NCBI GenBank assembly: GCA_004022145.1
Contig: RCNU01000004.1
Direction: 5' to 3' (one strand)
DNA: 64,000 bases
DNA from: Paecilomyces variotii
Taxonomy: Eukaryota
Below the pieces are notes generated by a model. That model did not search any database, had not been told where the DNA came from, and was given only the letters and a program-made list of their open reading frames with translations. Numbering within the stretch: position 1 is the first letter of the stretch; every line of letters starts with the position of its first letter. Positions 12,710 through 25,903 of this stretch are shown piece by piece. Position numbers and translations under genes: made by a program.

Positions 12710-13742
12710 ATGGCCGCGACGAGAGACAATGTCGGCGACGATGCGCACCCCTCTGTCCCGAGCGAGCACAATGACAATCCCAACAATCGAGACAATCGAG
12801 ACAATCGCGACAATCGCGACGCAACAGAACTGGACGAGATCCACATCACCGATGACAATCAGACGTCGTCCAGCGTTTCAGTCTCCTCGGATGAAGACCG
12901 CATAACCGCCCGACGGACACGGTCACAGTCGCAATCGCAAGCCAGCCAGCGCAGCAACGTCCACGGTCGATTTAGCGCTACCAGGAAATTCTGGACAAGG
13001 AGCATAGTGTTGACTGTTCCGCAGAAGTCGAGTCGCGATCACCTTGGTAAGTCTTTCGGCTTTTGGTCCTTTCAGCTGGTCTATCTGTCCGCGATGGAGC
13101 AATGTGCATCAAAAAAAAGGCTTCGTATCAAATTGCAACTTCGAGTCTTTGTCCGGATTTCTCCATCGACAAATGCATATCCAAAGTCGATTTTGTGGAA
13201 TCAACACTCTGAAATTTCAAGTCGTGGATATCGAACCTCTTGAAATCAGCACCGTTTAGTGCTTGAAGTCAATCTGGAACTACAGCCAGCTAACTCTCTC
13301 ACCTCCAGCTCTTGAGCGGACATTCCTAGCGTACATTCGTACCTCCGTCGCGACCTCCATGCTAGGCGTCCTCATTGCGCAACTCTTCCGCCTGCAACGC
13401 GAGAGATTATCTCCGCCGCCACACGGCTTTGGATTCTATACTGTGGGCATTCCCCTCTCAATAGCCTGCCACGGTGTAGCCATTCTCATTGCGGCCCTGG
13501 GCGCACACCGGTTCTGGAAACAACAGCATGCGATCGCCCTGGGGAAGGTATATGCCGGTGGGTGGGAGTTGTATTGTATTGCGGCCTTGATAACTGCGGT
13601 GAGTTTCGACAGAATATTCTTTTTCTTTTTGTCTTCCCTTTTTTTTTTTTTTTTTTTTTTTGCTGATGCAGAGTTACCTCAGGTGGTCATAACGATATTC
13701 GTCCTCGCGATCGCGATCTTGGCCATTCGCGAGCATTCATAG
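12710..13742 (+). CDS. DUF202 (YidH-like) small membrane protein; introns 13047-13308 and about 13599-13683
   Basis: Splicing gives RDHLALERTFLAYIRTS..LGVLIAQLFRL and LGAHRFWKQQHAI, the DUF202 signature. Confidence 0.85.
12773..12820 (+). repeat. Coding 9-bp tandem repeat (GACAATCG[A/C]) encoding DNR repeats
   Basis: gacaatccc aacaatcga gacaatcga gacaatcgc gacaatcgc gac. Confidence 0.85.
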
Positions 13743-14399
13743 CGGAGTTGTCTGCTGAATTACACATGATGTCGACATTCGTCTGCTGTTGTAAATGCGC
13801 TCTTCCCCATAATTACGATTGCGGTTTGTCTAGTACTGCCTGTTGGATCAGGTCTCTTGATATCCTCTTCTCAAACAAATTCCGTGATGTGTTTGGTGGT
13901 TTTATGCGGTTTTCTATCCCCGCTTTATTCGCTAGTTTGGCAATCTCATCTCGATAGACAAGGATAAATCAAATGTATTCATAGTAACTATCAATCAATC
14001 TTGCTTACAATCCAGAACAATACTAGCGGACGAAGCAGTTGAATGGGGTGTAGACTTGATCAAGACTTTAGTAGGTCCTGGTTACGCTTGCTATGACTGA
14101 CTGTCTGTCTGGCGACTATTCGACTACGATTCGATTCCCGCACAGGTTACAAGCCGGATGAAGTAGAATAGAAGATGAACATATTTTATCTTGGTAAAAA
14201 GATGCTACAATAAGAACGGATTCAGAAAAATAGGCAGATATGAAGAAACCCATCTAACATTCGATCATGACATATCGGTTGCTCCAGGTTGCTCCAACTT
14301 TTTGAGGATTGTTTTATCATCGACCACGCACATGTCACGTCATGTCACATTATGTCTATGCTGCCCATCCATTTGTAGCCTTTGGAAAGACATTTCAAT

Positions 14400-16234
14400 T
14401 TACTCCTCATCCCCTTCGGTCTCCTCGAGCTTGCTCTCGGCCGCAGCCTCTTCAGCATCCTCCTCGAAAGTGTTGGGAGGGACGCTGTACAGCCGAATGA
14501 CGGGCTTGTTGGGGTCCTTGACCAGGACGTACTTCTTGATCTTATCGGCACTCTCTTCCTCCTCCTCGTCATCCAGGCTGCGGACGAGGTCGACAATGGT
14601 CCGGACGATACCCCATCCGTTGGACAAGTTCAGGTTCATCTGGACAGCGAAATCGCGAGGCTTGTAACCAACAACGCCCAGGATGATGTGAGCAGCAGCA
14701 GAGCGCGGGTTGACACGGGACACGAATCCAAGCTTCATCATGTCTGCCTTGGCAAGGATAGCCTGCGTTGTCCAGCGGGCGAGCTTGCAGCTGTTGTTCT
14801 TCATCTCAGTGGCCACGACAGCACCACGCTGAGAGGCCAACTTGGTGCGCCAGTCGAGAGAGCCACCAGAGCCTTGGGCCTTGCTGTCGAACTCGTTGAG
14901 CGCCTTGATGATCAACTGCTGATCCTCCCCACTGGCGGTGTTCTTCATGACCGCATCGATTTCGGTCCGGACAATCAGGTTGAGCGGTTCCTCGTCCCTC
15001 TCGAGGGAAAGGTCGAAACGGCGGTACTTGTAAGCCTTGGACGCCAGGGGCTCGGTCTCTTCAGCAGCGTTGTAGAACGGGTTGGGGTGGCTGAATTCCA
15101 CCTTGGCGGCATCTGACTCGATCACTGTCTGCAGGGCAAAGTTATGGTTGATAACGGTCGCCTCCAGGGCCAGAGATCCAGGGGTGTTGATCGTCTCCTG
15201 CTTGCCAGCGGTCTCGGATGCTTCAAGAGGAGCGTCTGCGGCGTTCTCATTCACGGTCACCAGATCAATAGAAGCGCCCTCACGCTTGTCGAAATAGATC
15301 TTGTTGCCCTGGCGGACAATGACAATATCCCACGAGTACACACTGCGGGGGGAGCACATGAGCATCGATAGGATATCGGAGGTGGCGAACACAGTAGCCT
15401 CGTTCTTCTCAGCCAACTCCTGGATAACAGGATCCTGGGAAGTGGTGACATTGTAGGCCGCGCGGTCGAGGGATTGCAGCTTGCGCTCGTGGCCCTTGAC
15501 GGGCATCTTGTCGTAGGAGCGGTCGTAGTAGTAAAGGAAGCCATAGTTGTCAAGGTCCTCACCATCTGGCGTCTCCAGGTTGAGCTTGGAGAGACGGCTG
15601 AAGTCGACCTCCTCAACCACCTGCCACTCTGGTCGGATGTTGACCGAGCTGTCACGGTTGCGCTGAGGCTTGTCGTAGTCCTTCCATCCGAAACGACGTC
15701 CGCGGCCACCGCGTCCACCGCGCTGGTCGTAATAACGGTCACCACCCCCTCTGCCAGCACCAGCCCTCTGGAAAGCTCCTCGTCCACCACGCTGGCCAAT
15801 GGCACCGCGCTGGCCACGGCCGCGGAAGATGGTACCGCCACCACGGCCAAAGGCACGGGTCTTCGTCGAAGTACGGGTGTTGTCGACAACGGAGAAGGAG
15901 GACTCGTCTTCGGCGACCTGAATGCCAGCGAAAAGACTGGAAGTACCAGCACCGTACACTTGCTGGTCTGGTGGGTGTTAGCAGAGTTGATCTTCTTGCG
16001 CACGATCCGTCAGAAATGCAACCCACCTCTGTAGTTTCTGTTGTATGCCTGGCGACCGCCTCTCTCGCGGTCCTTTCCTTCAGAAGTCCAGTCGGCCATG
16101 CGGCCTAGTTTGTCACCCTTCGAGAAGGGAGCGTATGGGACGCCATCGAGGCTGTTCTCAGAGGGCGTCGCGGGGCCCCACGCGTCCTCGGAAGGGAGTG
16201 CAGACACGATGTCTGACAAAGAAATAGGAGCCAT
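14400..16234 (-). CDS. eIF3d: Eukaryotic translation initiation factor 3 subunit D; intron 16026-15968
   Basis: [18 protein letters not shown], spliced [16 protein letters not shown]-rich segment, [33 protein letters not shown] and [18 protein letters not shown]. Confidence 0.97.
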
Positions 16235-16950
16235 GATCCTATCTGTGCCCTTTGCACTGCTTTGCTGTGTCCGAAACGTGAATGGACAGCGGAGCGGTGA
16301 GGTGGTAAAGATTGGGCGGATTTGGATGCGATATTCGAAGTTTTTGTGTTTCTCTCCGCAGTTGGTGGGTGTTGGGCTTGGCGTCCCTCGCCACGCTTAA
16401 TTCCATCTGGCATGGTAGACTACTTAAGTACCTAAGGTACCGCACCGCTACAGATCTCCCTCCGCTCTCTTGGGTAGGTGATCTTTGTTACTTCCAGAGC
16501 ATTGGGTGCAGACCGATCCCTGCGTAAAAACTAGAATGTAGCTAATGTGGGTATCTCCAGCGATCATATATCTGCAGGGTTTGTGACAATAATGACACCT
16601 CCGCTAACTAATATCAAAATCCACGTCATCTTCACTATGTATGTACAGTACAGTAATGTGAAGCATCTTCGTCAAGAGACCCCATCACGTAGCGGCGACA
16701 ACTTCCCAGGTCCATGTTCTTGGCCGTGGAGAGTATCTGCTCTGGGCTCTTTTAGAACATAACGTCGAACACTCTGCCACTGAAGCTCAGAATGTTGCTG
16801 ACTTGCGGTCCGCGAACACAACTAGTAGGCCTAGATCAGTATGGCACGTCAGGTCCATTAGGTCCAATCAATAATCAAGCCATGAACGGCTGGAGATCCA
16901 CCAAGTTCTCCAAATCCAAGAGGATTTCGCTGAAATATTCATATTAGATT

Positions 16951-18361
16951 TTAGATTTCTCTCTCAAACTCCGAACTATCCATTCCGGAGGCCCAGTCAA
17001 AGGCAATCTGTTCCTCACTGATCTGAGGGATCGGCACCTCGCTGGCGTCAAATTCCCATGCCTCCTTCCTGGCATCTTTAGTTTTCCGCAGATACAGCGG
17101 GAGGGTCCATTCAGTTAACGATGCCTTTAAAGCTCCGGTATCTCTATTCTTATCCCATCTTTTAGTAGAGGCCTTGAAAGCCTGATTGACAGGCTCTCGA
17201 CGAATATTCTCGTAAATCTTGAAGGATAGGCCTGGTGGGTGATATGGATAACGAGCAAGGGTACGTGCGAATAGAATAGCATCGTCCAAGGCGTACGCTG
17301 CAGATTCGTCCCTGGGTGGCATCTACAATCTAAAGTGAGCTTCCACGTGAATAGGTCATTGGCGCGATTGTTGTTGATTTCCTTACCGCGTGAGCTGCGT
17401 CCCCCAGCAGAAGAATCCGTTCCGAGTACCACTTCCCTCCCGGTGGCACTTGATAAACCGGATACAGGAACCAGTCTGTAGGGAGCTGTACAATTTCCCG
17501 GACACAGTCAAAGGCAGATTTTGAGAAGCGGTCCCGCACTTCCTCTCTAAGTCCCATCTTGATTGCATGTTGCGCCCTCCATTCCTGGCCATATTCGAGT
17601 CGATTCTGCTTGACCAGGTCTTCATCATATTCGATAATAGCGGCCACGAATAACTCCTCGCGATCCCGATCGCAGTAGCTGGTCAACATGGAGCCATACC
17701 GGGAGATGTTGAGGGCACTGGTATGGAAATGGATGTGAGACTTCAGATCCGCCGAACGGATCGTGGTCTGGAGGAACGAGATGCCCGTGTATTCTGACCG
17801 GCGACCGATATCGACGATCCGTGTCCTTGTTGGCGAATGCACACCATCACAGCCCAGAGCCAAGTCTCCCATCGCCATCGAGCCATCTGCAAAGTGGATC
17901 ATTACTTTGTTGCCCTTCTCTTCTCCGCCCACCACCCGTTTGCCGAATTCGAGCTCAACATTGTGAGCCTTTTCCACGGTAGCAATCATTGCTAACAACA
18001 GGGCAATCCTCGTGACTCTTCGACCTTTGTAGCCTTTATATCCTTGTCCATGTTTATCGCTAAAGTTGACTGAGCCTAAGGCTCTCCCTGTTCGGATCGA
18101 GTATATCTCAATGGCATCGACCTCCGTCCCACCGTCCGGGCCCATTCTATCTAGCTCCTCTAAGATTCCCAGATGAGCCAGATGCCTCTGTGCCACCGGC
18201 GTCAGGTTGATAGCGCCTCCGGAGGTGGACGGAACCTCATGTCTCTCAAATACTCTGATTTTCAGATCCGGAACAATTGGACCGAGTTCCTTTGATAGAG
18301 CCAGGGCTGAGGCAATGCCCGCAATGCCACCACCGAGCACCAGGATCTCACGCACAGGCAT
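16951..18361 (-). CDS. FAD-dependent monooxygenase (salicylate hydroxylase-like, class A); one intron about 17386-17323
   Basis: GxGxxG (VLGGGIAG), DG motif (GCDGVHS) and GD motif (LLGDAAHA|MPP). Confidence 0.9.
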
Positions 18362-21300
18362 AGCTATTAGTTTTAAGCAACGAACAGAAGAGTGGAGATT
18401 TTGAACCAGTACCGGCCACGCGCTATCCGAGAAAGAAACCCGAAAAGGGAAAAAAAGAAAAAGAAAAAAAAAATTATCTCGATAGCCAAAGAAGTAGCCA
18501 GCCAGCGAAAGGAGAGTGGAAGAAATTACAACAACCGAGAGAAGATCATATCACACGAGCAAACGAGGGGATACAAGAAATAATAATAATAATAATTAAT
18601 TGGAGGCGCTACTGCGCCGGTGCAACTGCTGTCGCCCCTGTCAAATAAGTCTCCTCCCCGGGTCTGAGCCCAAGACGTTGCGATTATGATGGGGATCCAC
18701 CATCGAAGAAGGCCAGACCAGGAGAGGCGCAGGCTCCGAGCGTACATCGCCTGCTAGATCTCGCTTTCGACAATTGCTATTTGCAGCACAGAAAACGCTA
18801 CGACTATGAGATCGTAGCCATGGATGGCCGGCGGCTAAAACTCTTTTCGTGACGCTATCGATTTTGTTTCAGGAGTCACGTGTGGAGACAAAGTCGGCGG
18901 ATTTGACCGTAGCATTAAATAATTATAATTATAATAATCATCATCATCATAATCGATTTCAATATACAACCGAGGTTCAATCGACTCGCGCTCTAATAGT
19001 AGTGGGCATGGATCATGACGCGGACTGTGGGATGAGAACTTTTTTCGTGCAGTTTACCCAGCAATAATGCCTGCAGAAATATTCAAGGAACTTCCCTACA
19101 CTGCATGATCTTCATCAATCGGTCTCCTCCCCCGCATAGGCGCGATTACCGATAATAATAGTCGTGCGGACAATTTTTTTTTTTTTAATTTTTGCTTTTT
19201 TTGTGCAATATCAGACGGTATAATAGCCTATCTATAACCGTTGGCCTGAAGCAGTTGGTTAATTGGCTTGTAGTGTCCCTGACTGAAAACCTGGTACGAC
19301 AATGCCTAGTGACTTTCGACGAATCCTTCATTATCTTCAGTTTCAACGTCGCGCAGGCTATCTGATCAGGCTGATAATCGTGTACAACCATCCTTTCCAT
19401 GGATTCGACAACCTTTATACAAAGTAAACCATAAGACAACACAAACGTAGAACGAACTCAAAAGTATATTCTGAGAGAAAGATGATAGAATGACGTGTCT
19501 CACGAGATTTTATTCATACGGATGGCAGCAGCTCTCTGCTTGCACTGCAATATATTACTACTATCAATTATTAGTATCCGCCATCTTCTCTTTGTTGCCA
19601 TATAATATAATAATACAAGATCAACATGGGCAGAATAATACACCACAAAGCAGCGCCACAGTCAGCCCGGGAGAACCGTGCCCGGGCCCACAAGACGAAG
19701 CAAATCGACGAGTCACCAAGTCTGTTATCGCGCGTCTGGTCAGTTGAATACCTGATCCCCGTACCCCTTTCTCTTGTTTGAGATCCTCGTTGTATAGGTT
19801 GATAGATCAGAAATGATATATTAATTACAGCGTGGAGCAGAGATGCTGCTACCAAATCTTCCATGGATTTATGGAGTTACATAGCAGCGCTGAATTTCGG
19901 CGAGATGCCGGCCTTTTTCGTTTAATTAAACTGGCACAATATGACAGAACAACGGCCACTAACGTATTACCTATCACGTTAATAGGAGCCAATGCCGGAA
20001 CTCGTTGAAGTCGCCCCGAATCATGAAACGCACTACACAGACAAGACCATCCTCCTCTCAGTCTCGGACTAAAAAAGTCGCTTTTGCGTCTGGAGCTGTC
20101 ATTATCCCGCCCGGGCCACCTCCAGTGCCAGCACGGGCTCCTACACGACCAGCACAGACGTCGGCTTGTCCGGAAGTTGTGCTGGAAGCAGCAAAATTTC
20201 CTCGGCAGAGTTACTTTCTGGGTGTACTCGATATGACTTTTATCGTCCAGAATCTTATAGGCTTGTAATAATAATATTGGTTGTGGCGCATTAATTAGGT
20301 ACCTAGTCTAGGAACAAAAATGTCATGATTTGATGTTCGATGTTCCTGCGAATTGGTCATAAGAAATTCTCGACCGCTGTTATGAGAATCGAATGCAATA
20401 TGCCAAGGGTTTTCATATGGTCTCTTATTATTATCATTATTGTGCAGGGGGGCATCGCATGACTCTGCGTGGAGCCGCTGAGCTCGAGGACACCGGGGAA
20501 TAAAAGAATAGCACTTGGTGCTGGATCGAGAATATACCATAGCTAGCTAGGTCAGATTTGGACTTCTAAAGGGGTTATATAATATTATTCCCCATTGTTA
20601 CTGAACTGACTGCTTGATTTTCTGTAAAGACGTCTAACTCGGCTATCTAAGATACAGTCTGTTGTCTCACCTTCACCCCGTACATTAGCACAATGGATCT
20701 CTATAAAAATCACCGGTATTGTAGATAGCTGGTTGGTGGGGATAGGATATCGTAATCATTCTGGTGGTCAGCAAGGCCCATGATGATTCTGACCATCATG
20801 CTATCCGGATCTTCCGTCGCAGTACTGTATGGACTATCGCTATGAATACTGTTGAGCGGGTCAACATACGTATCAAATCTGAGGATTCTAGTTCCAAAGA
20901 TTCATCTTCCTCGTCATATCTTATTGCAATACCTGATTTCTTGGAAGAATTGAGCATTATTTGAGGGCGAGTTATGAATAGATCTGTCGGGAAGCGAGCC
21001 GACGGGAAGCCTCCCGGACTGCCCTCCTTCGCTCCTACGTCATACGATGGTATTGATGATTCCACCTGATGTATACATCACAGATGGCAGGCCAGTATGG
21101 TATATTATTATTATCTTCGATGGAGGGGCTGCCGGCATTCCGGACTTGCGTGATGGTCGAGTAGCACGGAGAATCGGTATCTTCCGTAGCTTTTCTAGCC
21201 GACTGTCTACAGCATACCATAAACCTATATATTTCCCAGTGACAATGATAAATCTGCATCTGGAGGTTTAGCAGATGTAGTGTCTAGTTGATAATACTCC

Positions 21301-21432
21301 TCGTCTTCTCCGGCCGCATACGCTCTCCCGTTCTACTGGCTCGCTGGATTAGGGTGTATCTATCGTTGAGAGTATTGTACCCGTTTCAGTTGAGATATTA
21401 CTTCACTCCAATAACTGCCCATTCCTACCGGT

Positions 21433-23064
21433 ATGGCGAATGTCATAACATCAAGCGTCCTGCGCCGTCGTCTGCTTCTTCGCGGCCATGCTCAGTTTCG
21501 TCTTCTATCCACTACTCCAGCGCGATTGAACGTGAGCAAGGACAATAATACACCTCACCTCAATCTCCGATCACTGGTCTCTGCTCTTCGCGAGCAAGGA
21601 GATCTAGTCGATATCAAAGATCAAGTCTCCCCTAACCTGGAGGTTGCCGCAGTTACCCGGAGAGTATACGAGACACACGCACCTGCGCCTCTCTTCCATG
21701 ACGTCGCGGGAACAGATCCAAAGACCGGTCTCTTCAAGATTCTAGGAGCACCTGTTGGGTTACGAAAGGATAAGAGAGACCGCTATGGCAGGATGGCTCT
21801 TCAATTAGGTTTACCGGCCACGAGTAGTCCTCGCGATATTGTCCAGAAGCTGATCGACACCAAGAACGGGAAGCCAATGCCCCCAGTACGTGTATCGGAT
21901 GCACCAGTCAAGCAGAATATCCTTAAAGGAGACCAGATCGACATGACGAAATGGCCTATTCCTCGACTCCATTCTATAGACGGGGGCACTTATCTGGGCA
22001 GCTATGGATTCCATGTTGTGCAAACGCCAGACAAATCTTGGACATCGTGGTCCATCTCTCGTACGATGCACGTCGCCAACGAGCCGCGCTTACTGACTGC
22101 TCCTGTGATGGCTGCCCAACACCTTGCCCAGGTGAGAAAAACGTGGATCGACTCGGGGGCTGAAGATACTCCATGGGCTCTGGTCCTAGGTGGCCCACCA
22201 GCCGCGGCATTCGTGGCTGGCATGCCGCTACCAGCGAAGGTTTCAGAGGATGGGTATATAGGCGCATTATGCGGTTCGCCTGTAGAAGTGGTCAAGTGTG
22301 AAACAAACGACCTCTACGTGCCTGCTAATGCAGAGCTCGTGATCGAGGGTCGCATCAGTAACTCCAAGAAAGTCCCCGAGGGACCGATGGGGGAATATCA
22401 CGGATACCTTTTTGAAGACCAACCTCTTGATGAGCCATTGTTCCAGGTTGACTGCGTGACCTATCGCAATGATCCTATCGTGCCTATATGTGTAGCTGGA
22501 ACAGCTGCAGATGAGACGCATACAGTATGGGGCACTGCTATTGCAGCTGAGATAATGGATGCGCTGGAAAAGAACAACTTCCCTGTGGATTTTGTGTGGA
22601 TGCCTTTCGAGGCCCAGAGCTGTTGGATTGTGGTCAGCGTCGATATCAAGAAGCTAGCAACCATGGGAATTGATGCAGAAGAACTGTGTCGTCGCGCAGG
22701 CGATATCATTTTCAAGACTCATGCTGGATGGGAGGCGCCCAAGGTCATGTTGGTGGGAGATGATATTGATATCACGGACATCAACGAGGTCGTATGGGCT
22801 CTAGCAACGCGATACCGTCCCGGTTCAGATGAACATGTCTTCGGGGACATTGGAGGAATCCCTATGCTCCCGTACATGACCAGAGCTAATAAGAGCAAAC
22901 AGCTTAAGGATCCAGGAATGGGTGGAAAGAGCGTGATGAATCTTTTGCTTCCACCGGAATTTGAAGGAAAGAGAGATTGGGTACGGAGCAGCTTCGCAGG
23001 TGCTTATCCAGAGGAGGTGACGGAGAAGGTTATGAAGAGGTGGAAGAATTGGTTTCGAGAGTAA
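21433..23064 (+). CDS. fdc1: UbiD-family prFMN-dependent (de)carboxylase, Fdc1-like, intronless, with an Arg-rich N-terminal extension
   Basis: APAPLFHDV, WPIPRLHSIDGGTY, WSISR (catalytic Arg), VVKCETNDLYVPANAELVIEG, EGPMGEYHGY (catalytic Glu pair) and VGDDIDITDINEVVWALATR. Confidence 0.88.
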   Translation: MANVITSSVLRRRLLLRGHAQFRLLSTTPARLNVSKDNNTPHLNLRSLVSALREQGDLVDIKDQVSPNLEVAAVTRRVYETHAPAPLFHDVAGTDPKTGLFKILGAPVGLRKDKRDRYGRMALQLGLPATSSPRDIVQKLIDTKNGKPMPPVRVSDAPVKQNILKGDQIDMTKWPIPRLHSIDGGTYLGSYGFHVVQTPDKSWTSWSISRTMHVANEPRLLTAPVMAAQHLAQVRKTWIDSGAEDTPWALVLGGPPAAAFVAGMPLPAKVSEDGYIGALCGSPVEVVKCETNDLYVPANAELVIEGRISNSKKVPEGPMGEYHGYLFEDQPLDEPLFQVDCVTYRNDPIVPICVAGTAADETHTVWGTAIAAEIMDALEKNNFPVDFVWMPFEAQSCWIVVSVDIKKLATMGIDAEELCRRAGDIIFKTHAGWEAPKVMLVGDDIDITDINEVVWALATRYRPGSDEHVFGDIGGIPMLPYMTRANKSKQLKDPGMGGKSVMNLLLPPEFEGKRDWVRSSFAGAYPEEVTEKVMKRWKNWFRE

Positions 23065-23739
23065 AGACACATTTTGCAACAATGCAGACAGATTAAGTCT
23101 CTAGATCCCGGGTTTTATCTATCTTTACAGAATTACGTTAGCGCGCAAAGGCAGCATACATTGTCATCCATAGTACTATCCGTTTGCATTTGAGTCCTTG
23201 GCATAATAGACGCTTTTGCATTGCTTCCTGGGTAACTAGTTCCTGTGTCAGTTACCGCTCCTAGTGAGTATATATATACATTGCTTGCTCGATACATCAA
23301 CCTCAAAATCTCAGTTACGATGACAAAGACCCCGTTCACATCAGCATGGGGCCTATTCTTCTCAACCCCCCAACTCTTCCCCCAGTGGAATACGAGTCAG
23401 AATCGACATTGTACACCTTAAAAACGGTTTCTGAACTATTCTGTTGATACTTATGCCAACTCATCCACGGTGCCCCTCTTCTTTGGCTGACTCATCAACG
23501 CCGCCAACTGCCGCATAGTTACACTACCTATGGCCTCACGCCGACATCACTTACAGAAAGCTTGAGGAAGTTCCATAAGAGTTAGAACCGGACTGATGTC
23601 CTCCACTGTTCTTCGAGTCGCTTCGTTTACCTTTGTTACCGCGTCATCTCAGATCGTGTTTTGATCGCAGAATTACTTTAGTCTGTCGTTGTTAGCTTCC
23701 AATATTTCCAATCTCACTTACGCTTAACTGGAACCCTCA

Positions 23740-25225
23740 ATGTTTTCGCCGACGCCAGGAAAGATAACAGCATTCAAAAATGGAGACATTATCTCTGGTG
23801 GCCGGACTGTGACAAATGAGCTATACGTTGACGGGGCCACCGGACGTATATTGGACGGCTTCGAGTTTCCTGAAGGCGAAAGAGTGGTAGAGGATAGGAC
23901 AGTAGACCTCAAGGGTCGGATCCTATGCCCGGGGTTCATCGATATGCAATTCAATGGTGCTTTTAACGTGGACTTATCCCGCCTGCCGTCTAATGGTGAC
24001 ATTAACTCCTTTAAGAATGATATTCGTGTCATGAACCAGAGACTAGTTAGGACAGGCGTGACGAGTTATCTGGCAACAATGACAAGTCAGAAGCCGGAAG
24101 TGTATCAGAAGGTAAAATGAGGCCGAGAGTGACTGTTGGCAAACGCGTTACAGGCTAATTTTGACTAGATCCTCCCTATAATCGGGGCAACCAATCCGGA
24201 AAGAGTTCCAAATATGGGTTCTCAATCTCTTGGCGCACATTGTGAAGGCCCTTTCTTGAACATTGACAAAAGTGGCTGCCACGACGTTGATGCTGTTAAA
24301 GCTGTCGGGGGCGACTGTAGTCTAGAGCGTCTCGTTAGTTGTTACGGAGGGCTAAATCTTGGATTTGCGGACCACCAAACGACCCAGTCGGCTGTCAACA
24401 CCCCTGTGAAGATGATTACTATAGCACCTGAGCTTCCAGGCGCTCTTGATACCATTCATCATCTCACAAAAAAAGGAATTGTAGCCAGCATCGGCCACAC
24501 GAAAGCTAACTATGAAGAGTCCATTGCCGCGATTCAAGCAGGAGCAAGATCCATTACTCACCTATTCAACACAATGTGCCCCTTTCATCATCGTGAGCCC
24601 GGACCACTCGGAACTATTGCTTTCTCAAGCACCAAGGCCAATACAGCACGTATCGAGCCTGATAAAAGACCCTATTTCGGAATTATTGCAGATGGGATAC
24701 ACGTCCATCCTGCCAGCGTCAATTTGGCGTGGAGATGCCATCCCCAAGGGTTCATCCTGGTTACAGATGCAAGTATGATTGCAGGATGTGAAGATGGGGT
24801 CTATGAGTGGACTGGAGGAAGAAATATAGAAAAGAGAGGCGCCAAAATTACCCTGGAAGGAACAGATACTATTGCAGGAAGGTGAGTCTGTCCATGAGAC
24901 ATAATTCTCACCAGAAAGTGACAAGCCTAATGTTCCTAGCGCGGTTACTTTGATGGATTGTGTCAATAATTTCATCAACTTCACCGGGGCTTCTGTGGCA
25001 GAAGCTATCAGCGCCGTGACATCGACTCCGGCCGCGTTGCTAGGAATTTCTGACAGGAAAGGGAATGTGATTCCTGGTGCTGATGCAGACCTTCTCGTGT
25101 TGAAGAGAGAAGACAGCATAGGAGGCACGAAACTAATCGTAGAGCAGGTATGGAAGTTCGGTAACAAAGTCTTCGACATTGCAGAGGACAGTAACAGACT
25201 GGCCGCCATAAAATCTCGAGTATAA
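23740..25225 (+). CDS. nagA: N-acetylglucosamine-6-phosphate deacetylase; exons 23740-24111, 24169-24881, 24940-25225
   Basis: PGFIDMQFNG, TGVTSYLAT, GAHCEGPFL, MITIAPE, SIGHT, ITHLFN, IIADGIHVHP, LVTDA and IAGS. Both introns are GT-AG and restore the frame. Confidence 0.92.
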
Positions 25226-25903
25226 CTTTTTCCGTAAACTCAGTTTTTTTTTTGTTTTTTTTCCATGATATGAGCCGATTAACACTCGGCTCTGGCGATT
25301 ATTCCATGACTCATAGAGACGGCAAATCAAGATAGAAACACATAATGTCAGGCGAGGGGCAAAGGATGCCACAACATGAAACTAATTCTCCAAAGTACTT
25401 TTTTCTTCCTCCATCCGATGGAAACGAGGCGGGTCTCCGTCTGTCACCGGCGCGATGTGTCATGACATGATAAGTGAGTCGATGTGTTCGAGTTGCAGGA
25501 ACAAATTCCGCGATAGATGTGATGTGAGGCAGTTCCCCTCAATGGAGGCTTCATTCGCGGTTGATAAGGCGTGATGGTTTGACGCCCAATCACAGAGGCC
25601 CAAGTTGCAGGGCTACTGCGCTCCGCATCGAGTGCCTTTTGGCATGATCAGAGAATAGACGATGAGAGCTTAAAAGCCCTCGAAGGACTCGAGTACTTCA
25701 TCATGAAGGCTTCGTTAGTTTCAAGGATCGCAACCAAGTCTCAAACATATTTGTATCTTGCACGGTTAAATGGGTCCAAACCTGTCACTTTTGGATGAAA
25801 CAGGAAGGTGCGCGCTCAATTGCTCCCTCAACATTTCCGCGATTCACTTCTGGAGAGTTCGAAGTATTGACAGAATAGTAGCGACCTGGGTGCAGAGATA
25901 TAC

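Noticed and set aside
12773-12820. Short periodic repeat considered as a CRISPR-like or regulatory array
   Set aside because: 9-bp units without spacers, in frame within a eukaryotic CDS; an ordinary coding minisatellite.
14382-16034. Long opposite-strand and alternate-frame ORFs over eIF3d (also over mirB, spc98, atfA, the WKF gene and the permease)
   Set aside because: Shadow ORFs expected from codon bias and low-complexity sequence in genuine genes; no independent protein features.
25214-25225. NagA C-terminus -SRV as a peroxisomal PTS1
   Set aside because: Non-canonical terminal residue and no supporting pathway context.
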